A stretch of 64,000 nucleotides of DNA from Eledone cirrhosa (taxonomy: Eukaryota). Below are positions 13,275-26,925 of the stretch, in pieces. The stretch spans positions 23,312,001 to 23,376,000 of the forward strand of contig OZ024757.1 of the NCBI GenBank assembly GCA_964016885.1. The letters are read 5' to 3'. Both the position numbers and the translations under genes were made by a program. The stretch's first letter is position 1; every line of letters begins with the position of its first letter. The notes beneath the pieces are model-generated. The model worked only from the letters and a program-made list of their open reading frames with translations. It did not search any database and was not told the DNA's origin.

Positions 13275-14359
13275 ATCATCATCATCATCATCATCATCGT
13301 TTAACGTCCATCTTCCACGCTAGCATGGGTTTGGACGGGAATTTTCCCACTTGAGGCAAGATTGGCTGTCTTGCTCGCATAGGACTGTCTGGCAGGTTTT
13401 CTACGGCTGGATGCCCTTCCTAACACCAACCATGTTTACAGTATGTACTGGGAGGTTTTTACCGTGTTACCTACACGGCCACATTACAGCGTGGACTGTG
13501 TGGTTTTTTGTCGTGACACCTACACGACCTCATTTGTTTCGGACTGGATGTTGTGGTACCAACATAACTTTACATCGAAAGGGGTGGGTGGGGGTGGACG
13601 GGGAGGTGGTAGTGGAATGGGGGTGTATTTTGGTAAGAGATGCCTACTGACTGTAGGTTTCGCTTTGTACTTAGGCAAGGCGGGTCTTCTGTATTACTGC
13701 GTAGCGCCAAAGATCTCGGTCCAGTGACATTGTCTTGGAGAGGTGTAAGTGTGTAAGGTCGGAATTTATCAAGTCGTCCCAGGTTTTTCTGGGTCTGCCT
13801 ACTCCGTGGCTACCGTCTATTTTGATCGCCCTGCACTTTTTTATACAGCTGTCGTCTTTCATGCGCATCACGTGACCATACCAACGTAGTCTTCTCTAGA
13901 GTAAACAGCATCTGATCCCTCTTATTCCTAATTTCTCACTTAGTTCATTTATGCTTTGCCATTCATGTATATTACTATTACACATCCAACGGAGCATGCA
14001 AGCTTCGTTCCTCTCCAGTCTGTGTAGATCTTCTGCACACAATGCCCAAGTCTCACTGCCATGTAACATTGCTGTTCGTATGCAGGTATCATACAGCCTG
14101 CCTTTCATTTTTAGAGAGAAACCTTTAGCAGCCAATAGTGGTATAAGCTCTCTGAACTTTTTCCATCCCGTTCTGACTCTAGCTACTGTACTTTCGGAGC
14201 ACCCTCCACCACTGCTGATTTTGTCACCCAGGTAACGGAAGGTGTCCACTATTTCTATAGAACCATCTGTGCAATGGAATGAGCTAGCATTCTGTGGGCA
14301 CTTGCTGCTACTTATTGCACCTGAGCACCGGCCACATATAAAATCTATCGCGTTTGTTA
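13275..14359 (-). mobile_element. RTE LINE family 1, 5'-truncated copy with in-frame stop
   Basis: ORFs 13896-14249 and 13671-13871 are nearly identical to the C-terminus of 27766-29340; full 3'UTR and (GAT)n tail. Confidence 0.95.
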
Positions 14360-14375
14360 AATATTTTAATTGAAA

Positions 14376-14478
14376 ATAATTGTTTCTACTTTAGGCACAA
14401 GGTCAGCAATTACCCAGTACATTACTGGTACTTTATTTTATCGACCCCGTAAGGATGAAAGACAAAGTTAACCTCGGC
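14376..14478 (-). mobile_element. SINE family B 3' fragment
   Basis: Matches 6786-6890. Confidence 0.8.
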
Positions 14479-14762
14479 AAAATAATATATGAAAATTACA
14501 ACTGCATCCTTGCTTTTACTGACGCAAATTTGTCTATGGTGTTAGAATATCAGACCCTATTAAAATATGACAAGTCATTCTATGAGGTATGCTCATATGG
14601 TCATGTGGTTCTTGGCACTGTAATTTTACCTATGGAGGCGTGATAAATTATATAAATGGTTTAATGATCCAGCCCCCATAGGGCTTCTCACCCATGATAA
14701 TCAAAGACAGATAATACATCTGAAGAAGTTTCTTATTTTGCTCTTATCTGATTTTAATAGAT

Positions 14763-15108
14763 GGAGGCACACGGCTTAGTGGTTAGAGCATTGGCCTTGC
14801 AATCGAAAGGTTGTGAGTTCAATTCTCAGACCGGGTGATGTGTTGTTTCCTTGAGCAAGACACTTTATTTCACATTGCTCCAGTTTACTCAGCTGTAGAA
14901 ATGAGATGATAGTGACTGGGGTCTCTATCATTCCACTGTAGAGTGGTCGTGGTGGTGCCACGGAAAAAAAAGCACCCAGCACTCACTGTAAATGAGGTTG
15001 GTGTTAGGAAGGGCATCCAGCTGTAGAAATCAAGCCAGAATCAGTTCCCGTCCCACCCTTGCAAGCAGGGAAAAAGCGGACGTAAAATGAAATGATGAAA
15101 TGAAATGA
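14763..15108 (+). mobile_element. SINE family A, full length
   Basis: ggaggcacacggcttagtggttagagc...gagttcaattc...cggacgtaaaatgaaatgatg. Confidence 0.92.
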
Positions 15109-15149
15109 GTGCTTCTAGTCCACGTGTTAGTTGCCGTATGTGCCATGCT

Positions 15150-15640
15150 TGCCATACCCTAGTTATGTCTCTAGCTGAATCTGAGGAAAAGCAAGGGAAG
15201 AAATAATTCTGGCTGTGAAAACGTAACTTAGAATCAGAAGAGCTGAGGGTAAACTTGACAAAGACCAAAGTTTTAGTAAATAGGCAAGAAGACAGGACCT
15301 TGATCCCATCAGTGAAGTGGCTCTGTTTGATATGTAGAAAAGGAGTAGGTAGTAATTCTGTATGATGTACAAGAGGTGTAGTGAGTTAGCAGGCAGACTT
15401 TCTATGTAGTCAATGTACAGGGATAGTTGATAGTAAGAACATCAGAAAGTAAACATTTTTCCAATCCTCAGAAGGATCCTTAGAAGTGGTTGATAGCTTT
15501 TGCTATCTAGATGATCTAATTAACAGTGGAGGAAGTTGCTCTAAGACTATAGCTACTAGAATAAGGACATGATAAGGAAAATTAAGGGAGCTAGTCCCTC
15601 TATTAACAACAAAAGTTTTCTCCCTATGAATGGTCAGTTG
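15150..15640 (+). mobile_element. Old RTE LINE internal remnant
   Basis: Decayed LESEELRVNLTKTKVL..ICRKGVGSNS..VVDSFCYLDDLINSGGSCS..RIRT, homologous to the RT/finger region of 27766-29340. Confidence 0.7.
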
Positions 15641-16419
15641 TATGATGTTTCTATGTGATGTAATGTGTGAAGATGGTGTTTGGATCATAACTTAAAGGTT
15701 TTTTCATAAAATTATGATGGACGGGTCTTTGATTGATATAAACACTTTAACCCTTTTATTACCATGTTTTTGATTAAAGACACAGCCTATGAATTTTAAT
15801 AAATTTGGAAAATAATCAAGAGTTTTGACATATTTAGTAATATAACTAGCTTTCCCAGTATTAAGTTGATGCTTGGGTCATAACTTAACAAAGGTTCTTA
15901 GAGAAAATTAGAATGGTAGGTTTTTAGGTGAATGTGAAGACATTAAAATAAATGTTTATAACATAGAACCGGAGCAAATTTAACCTGTTTAGTATCAAAT
16001 AGTTTAACAGTTGATGTACCACTTGAAATCACACTACATAGCCTAAATTATTGATTGACCATATCACAGTCCTATCTCACTTACAGAATGGAGTGAAACT
16101 CATCAAATCAAGCCCAGAAGACATTGCTGTCATTGATCAGTCCATTGTTGATTCTATCTATCGGTCACAACTCCTGGCAGAATTATAGAAGTATGTAAAT
16201 ATATTCATATATTTTAAGTCCTTGGGTAGTGTTTTTATTTTATTTCAGTATATAATATAAAGACCAAGGTATGAGGTGATGCCCATGAAGGGGTTTAGTT
16301 GTTCCAGTGATTTAGCCTCAATATCACCTATGGTAACACTGTCAGCATGTTGGGTTGCCTCAAACTGTATTAGAGTGAAGTTGCTAAATATACTTCCTCT
16401 GAGAAATTACTGAGTGAAG

Positions 16420-16776
16420 ATCATCATCATCATCATCATCATCATCATTTCATTTTACGTCCACTTTTCCCTGCTTGCAAGGGTGGGACGGGAACTGATT
16501 CTGGCTTGATATCTACAGCTGGATGCCCTTCCTAACACCAACCTCATTTACAGTGAGTGCTGGGTGCTTTTTTGCCGTGGCACCTCCACGACCACTTTGC
16601 AGTGGAATGATAGGGACCCCAGTCCCTATCATCTCATTTCTACAGCTGAGTAAACTGGAGCAATGTGAAATAAAGTGTCTTGCTCAAGGAAACAACACAC
16701 CACCCGGTCTGAGAATTGAACTCACAACCTTTCGATTGCAAGGCCAATGCTCTAACCACTAAGCCATGTACCTCCA
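16420..16776 (-). mobile_element. SINE family A, full length
   Basis: Reverse complement of 14763-15108. Confidence 0.92.
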
Positions 16777-17006
16777 CATCTACATACTTATAAATACAGG
16801 CCAGGAGGTTAGTAAGATTGTGCATTCAATCACTACTTTTCTTACCAGCAACAAAATGAAGTTTTAACCTAAGACTAGCATCATAAAATAAATGATACAT
16901 CATAAATGAATCTCTATATTTCATTTAAAACTCCTTGACATTTCATATAACTAAAAAGATAAACTTATATCCGCACAAACACTGAGTGCATAACTGCGAC
17001 TGCAAC

Positions 17007-17592
17007 AATCATCATCATCAACGTTTAACGTCCGTGTTCCACGCTTGCATGGGTCTGGACGGGGGTTTTCCTACTTGAGGCAAGAGTGATTGTCTTGCTC
17101 GCATAGGACTGTCTGGCAGGTTTTCTACAGCTGGATGCCCTTCCTAACACCAACCACATTTACAGTGTGGGACTGGGAGGTTTTTACCGTGTTGCCTACA
17201 CAGCCACATTACAGCGTGGACTGTCTGGCGGGTTTTCTACAGTTGGATGCCCTTCCTAACACCAACCACATTTACAGTGTGGGACTGGGAGGTTTTTACC
17301 GTGTTGCCTACATGGCCATATTACAGCGTGGACTGTCTGGCGGGTTTTCTACAGCTGGATGCCCTTCCTAACACCAACCACATTTACAGTGTGGGACTGG
17401 GAGGTTTTTACCGTGTTGCCTACATGGCCACATTACAGCATGGACTGTCTGGCAGATTTTCTACAGTTGGATGCCCTTCCTAACACCAACCACATTTACA
17501 GTGTGGGTCTGGGAGGTTTTTACCGTATTGCCTACACGGCCACATTACAGCGTGGACTGTGTGTTTTTTTGTCGTGACACCTACACAATCTA
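17007..17592 (-). mobile_element. RTE family 1 3'UTR with a 112-bp unit in four tandem copies
   Basis: ggatgcccttcctaacacc recurs with a 112-bp period (17133, 17245, 17357, 17469). Confidence 0.9.
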
Positions 17593-17776
17593 CGTGTATA
17601 AATATATATAATTTTAATATGTAGACATGACATAAAATACTAATTTCCCTGCTAAGTGAAAAAAAAAATGATAAACACTTTTAATCCATTTTCAGATCTA
17701 ATTGGATCCTCATTAGAAGGCATGTATATCATCCAAACAACCACGAGGAAACATATATTTGATGGGTATATATATA

Positions 17777-17995
17777 GTAAAGGTACATGGCTGAGTGGTT
17801 AGAGCATTGGATTCGCAATCATGAGGTTGTGAATTCAATTCCTGGACCGGGCAATGTGTTATGTCCTTGAGCAAGACACTTTATTTCACGTTGTTCCTTC
17901 TAACTGGAGTTGCAACCGATAGATAGTATTAGCAATTGGGAAGACGAATGGAAACATCGTTTCCTCGGTCAAATTTAACGAAAGTCGATCAACTG
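17777..17995 (+). mobile_element. SINE family C (tRNA head + CORE-like segment, distinct tail)
   Basis: Homologous to 40308-40542, 31183-31396 and ~36150-36310. Confidence 0.8.
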
Positions 17996-18449
17996 TTGAT
18001 ATCGATATACCTATTCTCTCATAATATTATTCCACACTTAGTAATATGACTTACATATTAATAATGTGTATATTTATATACACATTATTTGCAGTCTTGG
18101 TTACACACACTGTGTTTGTTCAGATATAACTTTATCATACACTTTGGCTGCTAGTGCACTTCTTAATATATAACTAAAAAAAAATAGGAGAAAAAAACGA
18201 TATTATGATTTATTAAAACAAAGAGAGATATAATAGAAATAATATGAGACATTGAGTGGCGAAAGTAGAGTCAAACAAAAGGTCTAATAAGCGATTCATT
18301 TAGTTCCAGTGCAAGTAATATGCAATATTCAGTGTCATATTCTGTGGAATAAATACTAAACCAAGCTCAATACTGTCATGATATAATAATATATTTTGCT
18401 GTATGATATTCAATAAAATATATTACAAGTTTAGTACATAAATGGAATT

Positions 18450-18555
18450 GATATGTGTGTATCTATATATATATATATATATAATATGTATAATATGTAT
18501 ATCTATATACATGTATATATATATATATATATATATGTATAATATGTATATCTAT

Positions 18556-18586
<31 letters not shown>

Positions 18587-18601
18587 GATATGTATATCTA
18601 T

Positions 18602-18645
<44 letters not shown>

Positions 18646-18693
18646 TATAATATGTATATATATATATATATATAATATGTATATATCTATATA

Positions 18694-18746
<53 letters not shown>

Positions 18747-18795
18747 TTTATTGTATTGTGTTGTTTGATTTGTTGATTCCATTCACTTTCGGCAA

Positions 18796-18830
<35 letters not shown>

Positions 18831-19028
18831 CATATATATATTCATATATATATATTTAAGTATTCATTTGTGTGTCTGTATATATATATTCATATATATA
18901 TATATATTCATATATACATATATATATATATTCATATATATATATATATTCATATATACATATATATATATATTCATATATATATATTCATATATATATA
19001 TATATTTAAGTATTCATTTGTGTGTCTG

Positions 19029-19095
<67 letters not shown>
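18450..19095. repeat. (TA)n-rich microsatellite block
   Basis: Direct reading. Confidence 0.95.
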
Positions 19096-19096
<1 letters not shown>

Positions 19097-19294
19097 TTCA
19101 AAACTAAGATATAAACAAAGAATATAGAGAGAAATATTCCATGTTTAGGCAGAAGTCATAAACTGTAGATATATTTGTTGAGATACAATGTTATTTTGGC
19201 TTTATCAAACCATTCATCATCTTTTGCAGCTTATAAAAATATACATATGCATCAATTATATTGGCAGCAGCCTGTATAGGGATGAGGGACTCCT

Positions 19295-19404
19295 GGTGCG
19301 TGTTTGTGTGTCTGCCTGTGTGTGTGTGTGTTTGTGTGTCTGTCTCTCTGTCTGTGTGTGTGTGTGTTTGTGTGTGGAAGTGTTAGCATGTATGTGAGTG
19401 TGTG

Positions 19405-19438
<34 letters not shown>

Positions 19439-19784
19439 GAAGTGTTAGCATGTATGTGAGTGTGTGTGTTTGTGTGTCTGCCTGTCTGTGTGTCTGTCTG
19501 TGTGTCTGCCTATTTGTCTGTGTGTGTGTGTGTGTATGTGTAAGTGATAGCATGTATGTGAGAGTGTGTGTTTGTGTGTGGAAGTGATAGCATGTATGTG
19601 AGAGTGTGTGTTTGTGTGTGGAAGTGATAGCATGTATGTGAGTGTGTGTTTGTGTGTGGAAGTGATAGCATGTATGTGAGTGTGTGTTTGTGTGTGGAAG
19701 TGATAGCATGTATGTGAGTGTGTGTTTGTGTGTGGAAGTGATAGCATGTATGTGAGTGTGTGTGTGTTTGTGTGTCTGCCTATC

Positions 19785-19815
<31 letters not shown>

Positions 19816-19947
19816 GTGTGGAAGTGTTATGTATGTGAGAGTGTGTGTGTTTGTGTGTCTGCCTGTCTGTGTGTCTGCCTATCTGTCTGTGTGTGGAAGT
19901 GTTATCATGTATGTGAGAGTGTGTGTGTGTTTGTGTGTCTGCCTATC

Positions 19948-19978
<31 letters not shown>

Positions 19979-20345
19979 CTGTGTGTGGAAGTGTTATGTA
20001 TGTGAGAGTGTGTGTGTTTGTGAGTCTGCCTGTCTGTGTGTCTGCCTATCTGTCTGTGTGTGTGTGTGTGTGTTTGTGTGTGGAAGTGATAGTATGTATG
20101 TGAGAGTGTGTTTGTGTGTGGAAGTGTTATCATGTATGTGAGAGTGTGTGTTTGTGTGTGGAAGTGTTAGCATGTATGTGAGAGTGTGTGTTTGTGTGTG
20201 GAAGTGTTAGCATGTATGTGAGAGTGTGTGTTTGTGTGTGGAAGTGTTATCATGTATGTGAGAGTGTGTGTTTGTGTGTGGAAGTGTTAGCATGTATGTG
20301 AGAGTGTGTGTGTGTGTTTGTGTGTGTGTCTGCCTGTCTGTGTGT
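19295..20345. repeat. (GT)n-based minisatellite, ~38-40 bp unit ggaagtgatagcatgtatgtgagagtgtgtgtttgtgtgt
   Basis: Direct reading. Confidence 0.9.
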
Positions 20346-20741
20346 GCATATGTGTGTATGAGAGAAAGAGTGTTTATGTCTATGCAAAAGTGTTTGCGTG
20401 TGTAATTAGATGCACTGCAGTGCACTGGTATGTTATGAGATGTAGTAAGATGCACTGTAGTGCACTTCTTTGCAGTAAAATGTAATTAGATGCTCTGTGA
20501 ATGAACAAGATTCTACTTCGAAATGTGTAAATTACAAAATGAAATTCGTAATAAAGTTCTTATATAACTATTGACAGAAGTTGGAGATTGCAATTCTGTT
20601 GGAGTAACGGCTGCTTTCAGATAGATTTGTTGTTGAAACTATAGCAGTGGAGATTGCTGGTGTCCCTGGTCCCCAAACTACCACCATACTCACTGCTATT
20701 GGGACTGAGTTGGCTACCTGCAGAAGTGAGTCCCCTACAGT

Positions 20742-20958
20742 TTAACCCTTTAGCATTCACATTACTCTATATATACCATCATATTTTCATGGTAAAGGCT
20801 TTACCTCACATAATTATCTCACATAATATCGAATCTATGAGATTTTGAAAGTATTTATTTTGAGAACAATACCTTAACATCAGTTTGAGCGACCAGTTGC
20901 AGCTAGTTTCAACAGAAAGAGGTAAAGAATCCTGGCCGGTTTGAAGACTAAAGGGTTA
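20742..20958. mobile_element. Intact piggyBac-like MITE
   Basis: TTAA|cccttta ... taaaggg|TTAA: TTAA duplication plus short TIR. Confidence 0.8.
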
Positions 20959-21074
20959 AATAACTGTCAAAGGTGAAACAACTAAACTAAGAATGAAATA
21001 CATTGCCAAAAACAAAACACCAAGTGTTTGGTTCCCGTTTATGGTTTTATACTGTTTATTGACTATAGATAGGG

Positions 21075-21610
21075 AAAGCTAACTCATGGTATTACAACCA
21101 AATATACCAGTGGGTCATGTTCGTGGGTGCAACCCCTGAAGGTGAAATAGCTAACCAATTTAGAAAGGCCCCAAGAAAAACCTATTTAAATATTAAAGTG
21201 GTAGAAAAGCCAGGAACCACCATAAAATCACTGATCAGTAAAACTTACCCCTTTAAGGAAACCTGCTGTACAAATAAGAAATGTGTAATATGTAGAGGCT
21301 ACAGAAATAGAATTTAAGAAAACCTAGGCTGAACAGAAAACATGAATGGAATAACAACTATACACAAACACACACAAGTGACCAAAGGTAGAATATAAAC
21401 ACATAAACACTTACAGACTCAGACACAAACACACAAGCACACACCAAACAGAATACATGTACACAAACGCATGTGCAAACAGAGACAAAACATAAATAAA
21501 TAAATAAATAAAATAAAAATATTATAGTAACACAATCAGGGGAAACATGGAAACATGATAATCACTGGAGATGTCACAGATATGTGTGTGTTGAAAGGAC
21601 TTTGAGACAC
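21075..21610 (+). mobile_element. Penelope-like element remnant: RT-endonuclease linker fragment plus decayed hammerhead
   Basis: ORF 21117-21317 VMFVGATPEGEIA..IKVVEKPGTTIKSLISKTYPF..C..KKCVIC resembles the Cys-containing linker before GIY-YIG in PLEs; CTGGAGA..GAAA fold at 21562-21605. Confidence 0.6.
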
Positions 21611-22366
21611 TATATTTATAACTGTTGGTCAATCAATGATAAACATTGATTGCCAGGAAAATATAAAAATATATTGAAGCGAAAACCAAACCAAACACTG
21701 AGTGTGTCTTACCCTTTTTTTTTTTTTTTTGGCAATATTAGGACAACATGACCCTCCCCAAATATAGAAATATTTTTTCTGTAAATATATAAGGGTCAGC
21801 TGAAAAGTTCATAGGCTGACCAAGATACTCTCATGGAATGACCAAATGAGGTTTATTTTTCAACATAGTCCCTGAAAAGAAACAATGCAGTTATTGATAA
21901 GAAGAGTTGAAATTAATGCATGCAAAATTTCACAGCTCTAGCATCACTCCTTCAGGGGAGAATCTTGTAATCTCATTTACTTCACACCAAAAACTGGGAC
22001 AAGCACTCACTTAATGAGTCTCTGGGCTCAAGACACACTATAACCCTGCAATAAACTGGTGTCCTGTCCAGGGGAGAGTCTTGTGCTCACAGTCGCCTAA
22101 TGCCACAGAAACCGGGACAAACACTGGCCTGATGAGCGGATAGACTTTAGACTTTTATTTTACAATAAACCAGAAATCTAAATTTAAACAAAAAATATTT
22201 TTTAAAAGCACGAAGTTACAAACATTTGAAAATTATTGATATTTCTATTTTATGCCATGTTGATATTTATAAATAACTTTTTTTTTTTTACTTGTTCTAA
22301 AGTGTGGCGGGAGTAAGAAATGGTTGAGTATCATTGGTGTAGATATAGATAGACCGAAACAGTGTG

Positions 22367-22402
<36 letters not shown>

Positions 22403-22464
22403 TACCTACCTACCTACCTACCTACCTACCTACCAACCTACCTACAAATATATATATATAATCG

Positions 22465-22797
22465 AAAGACACATGGCTTAGTGGTTAGAGAATTGGGCTT
22501 GCAATCGAAAGGTTGTGAGTTCGATTCTCAGACCGGGTGATCTGTTGTTTCTTTGAGCAAGACACTTTATTTCACATTGCTCCAGTTTACTCAGCTGTAG
22601 AAATGAGATGATAGGGACTGGGGTCCATATCATTCCACTGCAAAGTGGTCGTGGAGGTGCCTCGGCAAAAAAAGCACCCAGCACTCACTGTAAATGAGGT
22701 TGGTGTTAGGAAGGGCATCCAGCTGTAGAAATCAAGCCAGAATCAGTTCCCGTCCCACCCTTGCAAGCAGCGAAAAGCAGGCGTAAAATGATGATGA
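22465..22797 (+). mobile_element. SINE family A, full length
   Basis: Near-identical to 14763-15108. Confidence 0.92.
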
Positions 22798-23145
22798 TTT
22801 ATACATACATACATACATATATATACACAGTCAACAGTTACACACTGTATTTCTATCTATATATACAGTCAACATCTACATCAATGATTTTCAACACACA
22901 CATATATATATATAGAGAGAGAGAGACAGTTACAGTGTGTAGATGTTGACTGGATATATTGAGTAAAGAATTTTGTACAATTGATTTTTCTGTACTTTTA
23001 ATTATCTACATTAATGTTTTATGCTAATATCCATATATACGTCTTTTAAATAGATTTTCGAATTTAGATACAAAATTTTACCAAAATATTTTTACTTATT
23101 CTAAAGTGCAACATGAGTAAAACCAGTGTTGTATATTATGATTGG

Positions 23146-23404
23146 ATCATCATCATCATCATTTTACGTTTCGCTTTTCCCTTCTTGCAAGGGTGGGACG
23201 GGAACTGATTCTGTCTTGATTTCTACAGCTGGATGCCCTTCCTAACACCAACCTCATTTACAGTGAGTGCTGGGTCCTTTTCGTTCTGTGGCACCTACAC
23301 ATCGACTTTACAGTGTGGGCTGGGTGCTTTTTTTCCGTGACACCTCCACGACCACTTTGCAGTGGAATGATAGGGACCCCAGTCCCTATCATCTCATTTC
23401 TACA
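23146..23404 (-). mobile_element. SINE family A 3' part with two-module tail
   Basis: Family A tail; followed by an older tRNA-SINE head to ~23530. Confidence 0.8.
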
Positions 23405-25620
23405 TGCAATGTGAAATGAAATGTTTTCCTCAAGTGCTTAGTATACCAGCAAGTCCAGGAATCTAACCCACGACACCATGATCATTAGTTCATCATCCTA
23501 ACCAGTCAGTGACACACTTTCACATTTAGAACATTACTTAACAAAAACTTCTCAAGTAAATTTATGATGGAAGATTTTAATATGAAGATAAACATTTTTA
23601 ACTGAGAGCAGAGCAGAAAAAAATAGACATTAAATGATAATGATGATGATGATGAATTTTATAACATAAATCCAGGGCAGTTTCAGGTGGTTTGGTATCA
23701 AAATAGTTAAATCAACCGTACCATGATAACGCATTTATCAACTGTAGGGAGATGAGAGATTATATCAATGACAGCAGAATTAGAAAAGTAAAAATATAAA
23801 ATAATAAACTACACACAACAAAGAAGTAATTCAGATCACAACCATTTCTATTATCACCACCTATGTAAGTACTTGAGAAGGATAAAATGTTTGGTGGTAA
23901 TAGTTAAAATGATAGGCAAATGGAGAGATGCTGTGCTGAAAGGCCCCCGTTTGACCCATGCAAGCGTGGAAAAATGGACATAAAAACGGTGATGATGACG
24001 ATGATGTTAGTAAGATGGATGCTTAAAGTTCTGTGAAGCATAACACACCAAAATGACACTTGTTTAGTGGTTTCAGTGTTGAACAGTTTGCTGTTTGATT
24101 AGCTTGCAATGAGTTGAATCTTTGCAAAGATGAATTGCTTCAACTGGATTTGGCTAAACATCACCAGAAAAAGATGAAAAGACTGCTTAATGGATGTATT
24201 ACTATTGTTCAATGGACTGCTTGATTTGATTAGAGATGTGCCAAGAACAAAGAAACATTATTCTCATTCTAATATATAATTTTTTTTTAAACTTTTCTGT
24301 CTATGTTGGCAATGTTTGGAACATAACAAACAATTAAGTTTTCTTCTCCTCCTCCTTCAGCGTGATGGTAAGATGGATGAGGAAAATCCCTGACATGGAA
24401 CCACTGCAACCACTGGGCTCGGGAGACTGGGAGTAGGGAATGAACTGATATGGTTAATATCAGGAGAGTCATGGGACCTCTGGGACTGTAGATTTGGATG
24501 GAGGATACAAAATTTGGTTTTCTTGGTGAAATTTTATTTTAACAAATGTATGCCATCTTTATTTCTATTACAGAGAATCTGATATTTTACAGATAGGTAG
24601 ACTAAAATACCAAAAAGTAAATGAGGGGAATTTTACAAAGATGAATTATTTCAACTAGATCTGGCTAAACTTTTTCAGAAAACAGGAAAAGACTTTAATA
24701 TTTTTTTCTTTTTAGTTAAAAAAAATTTACAATTTTTTTAAACTGAAGAGAAAATTTGATAAAAGCTGTAGAATATATATGGCAATAAGGAAACAAAAAA
24801 GAAAGAGAGGGAAAAAAACAAACTAGAAATGAAATTAAGTAATGAAAGAAATGAAAAGGGCAGATGGAGCAACAGACTCTATACCACAGTCTGGCTGATA
24901 TATTTCAGCTGCACTTCACAGAAAATGGCTATGGTATTGCTGCAAGGAATAGCCAGCAATACCTGCTGCAACAGCCACCCATCGTCATGGGGCTCCTTCC
25001 TCAGGTGTCTTTCTGATTTTACAGAGGGAAATAGCAGTTTAGAGACTGAGGAATTCAGGGGTTTTGGTGGTAACCTGTGCATTGTCTATTATGAAATGAA
25101 AATGTAATATTTTACAGATAGGTACACTAAAATGCTAAAATTAAATCTGTCAACTCAATACAGTACAATACAATATCTATTGTGTTATATCTGAAATAAG
25201 AAATTTGAAGTTCAACAAACTAACTACCGAACTGTTACACCAGTAGCATAGCTAGAGAGGAGCTAGAGAGATGCCCTGCCCCCAGGTGAGCTTTTTTTTT
25301 TTATTTATGTTTGTTATGTATTGTGTTATATTTCTTGTGGGAGGGATGGAATTGTGTGGTGGTGCAGAAGGACTGCCCCAGGCAACATAAACTAAAGCTA
25401 GACTACAGCTTTGAGCTATTTCTTTCTCAAGCAAAGAAAGGGCAGGAAAACTGATTATGAATATAATAATAGTGAAAATCTTTCTGACTTCCAACTAAAA
25501 TAATGTGAACTTTATCAGTTTGTCCTCAAAAATATCATACAAGGAAGTTGTTTTCAGTAGAGTACAAGTTGGAATTTAAAGCAAATTAACCTAGAATTTG
25601 GATTTAAAAAAAAGTAAATT

Positions 25621-25677
<57 letters not shown>

Positions 25678-26664
25678 AATAAATATAAAACAGGACTCAT
25701 TATAAAACCAGTTTTCAAAGAATGTCCTTAAAATGAAATCCGAATATGATAATTATAGGATCCTTACAAGTTTGCCATGGTGTGGTATTTGAAATACAAC
25801 TTCTAAATGTCAGCTGTACACTGATCGCTAGATTTTAATTGTTAAACGGAACTTCCAGAGCTTTATTTGCCCTTCAAATCTTTTCTTGGTACATTTCAAG
25901 AGATCCCTGCTGTTGTTGTAAGAGACAAGCCCATCTAAATGAAGCTTATTGTTATAATCCTTTTGTTATAGACATAAGATTAATGTGAGTTTTTTCTTCT
26001 GGGTTACTGATAATATATATACATAGTGTTCTTTGCTATACCTGCCCAGGATACTTGATTTTCATAGTTGTTTATATCCTCTTTTCCTATTCTTATTCCC
26101 AATTAATATCATATTTTTCCATCCAGCAATGATACATACATTTTTATGGTCTTTTGTTAAAGTAAAAGAAATATTTCATATAATACATTAACATTCAGAA
26201 GTTGAAAATATATTTTAGGTGACTTTATTGCTTATGTGTCACAATAGTTTATTTATATATAGCAAGCCAATGAGAAATTCTTCCGATTTTTCTTATCAAC
26301 AGCATTATGATTCATTGGCAGTGACGGTAGATGGACCTAAAATCTATCAATGGCAGGTTCAAAATCTATACAGATCTTTAATGCTTTCCCAGGTAAAATA
26401 ATAAGTTATTGTATGTATATAATATCTTTATTTATCATGTATACATAGCCAATCTATTGGACCTTTACAAAGTGCTGAGAAGAAAAAGTTGATATAAAGA
26501 ATGATGTGCTCAAATGTGAAGATTCAATAAAATAGTAGCTAATGGCAACTTCTTTTTCTGTCTTTAAGGGTTTTCACCCTATTTTATAAGCTATTCTATA
26601 GCACCTCCACACATGAGTACATCATTCTTTGTTATCTTTATTTATATTTAAACCATTTGTTACC

Positions 26665-26925
26665 AGTGGTAAGAATGTTGGACTTACTATCATAACATCA
26701 GGAGTTCAATTCATGGGCTGGGTTGTGTTCTTGAGCAAAACACTTCATTTCACATTGTTCCACTATACTCAGCTAAAAATGAGTACCAGCAATAACTGGG
26801 AGTTTAACCCTGTGACAGATTGGCATCCTGTCCAGGGGGAAGTCTTGTACTTTCCGTTGCTTAAAGTCAAGAAAATTGGGATAAGCACCAGTTTGATGGG
26901 TTTCTGGGCTTCAGAGAGACTTTAA
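26665..26925 (+). mobile_element. Old SINE family D (tRNA head, CORE-like segment, V/Meta-like ccctgtgacagattggcatcctgtccagggg segment)
   Basis: A/B boxes and ttcttgagcaaaacactt; related tail fragments at 21955-22150. Confidence 0.6.

Noticed and set aside
14763-14835. tRNA genes at SINE heads (families A, B, C)
   Set aside because: Only A/B boxes are retained; no full cloverleaf; always fused to SINE bodies and tails
14948-15030. Pistol ribozyme (CGUGG..CCACG stem with A-rich linker)
   Set aside because: Lacks pistol P2 and the conserved UAAG/GCG and GU cleavage-site arrangement; kept only as a generic pseudoknot
24290-24520. GC-richer stretch with short minus-strand ORFs
   Set aside because: No domain similarity; lies among decayed retroelement fragments
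25700-26150. Possible host coding sequence
   Set aside because: Multiple stops in the frames read; more like an old L1/Tx1-type remnant, too decayed to call (similar at ~11100-11700, ~32740-33200 and ~48060-48150)
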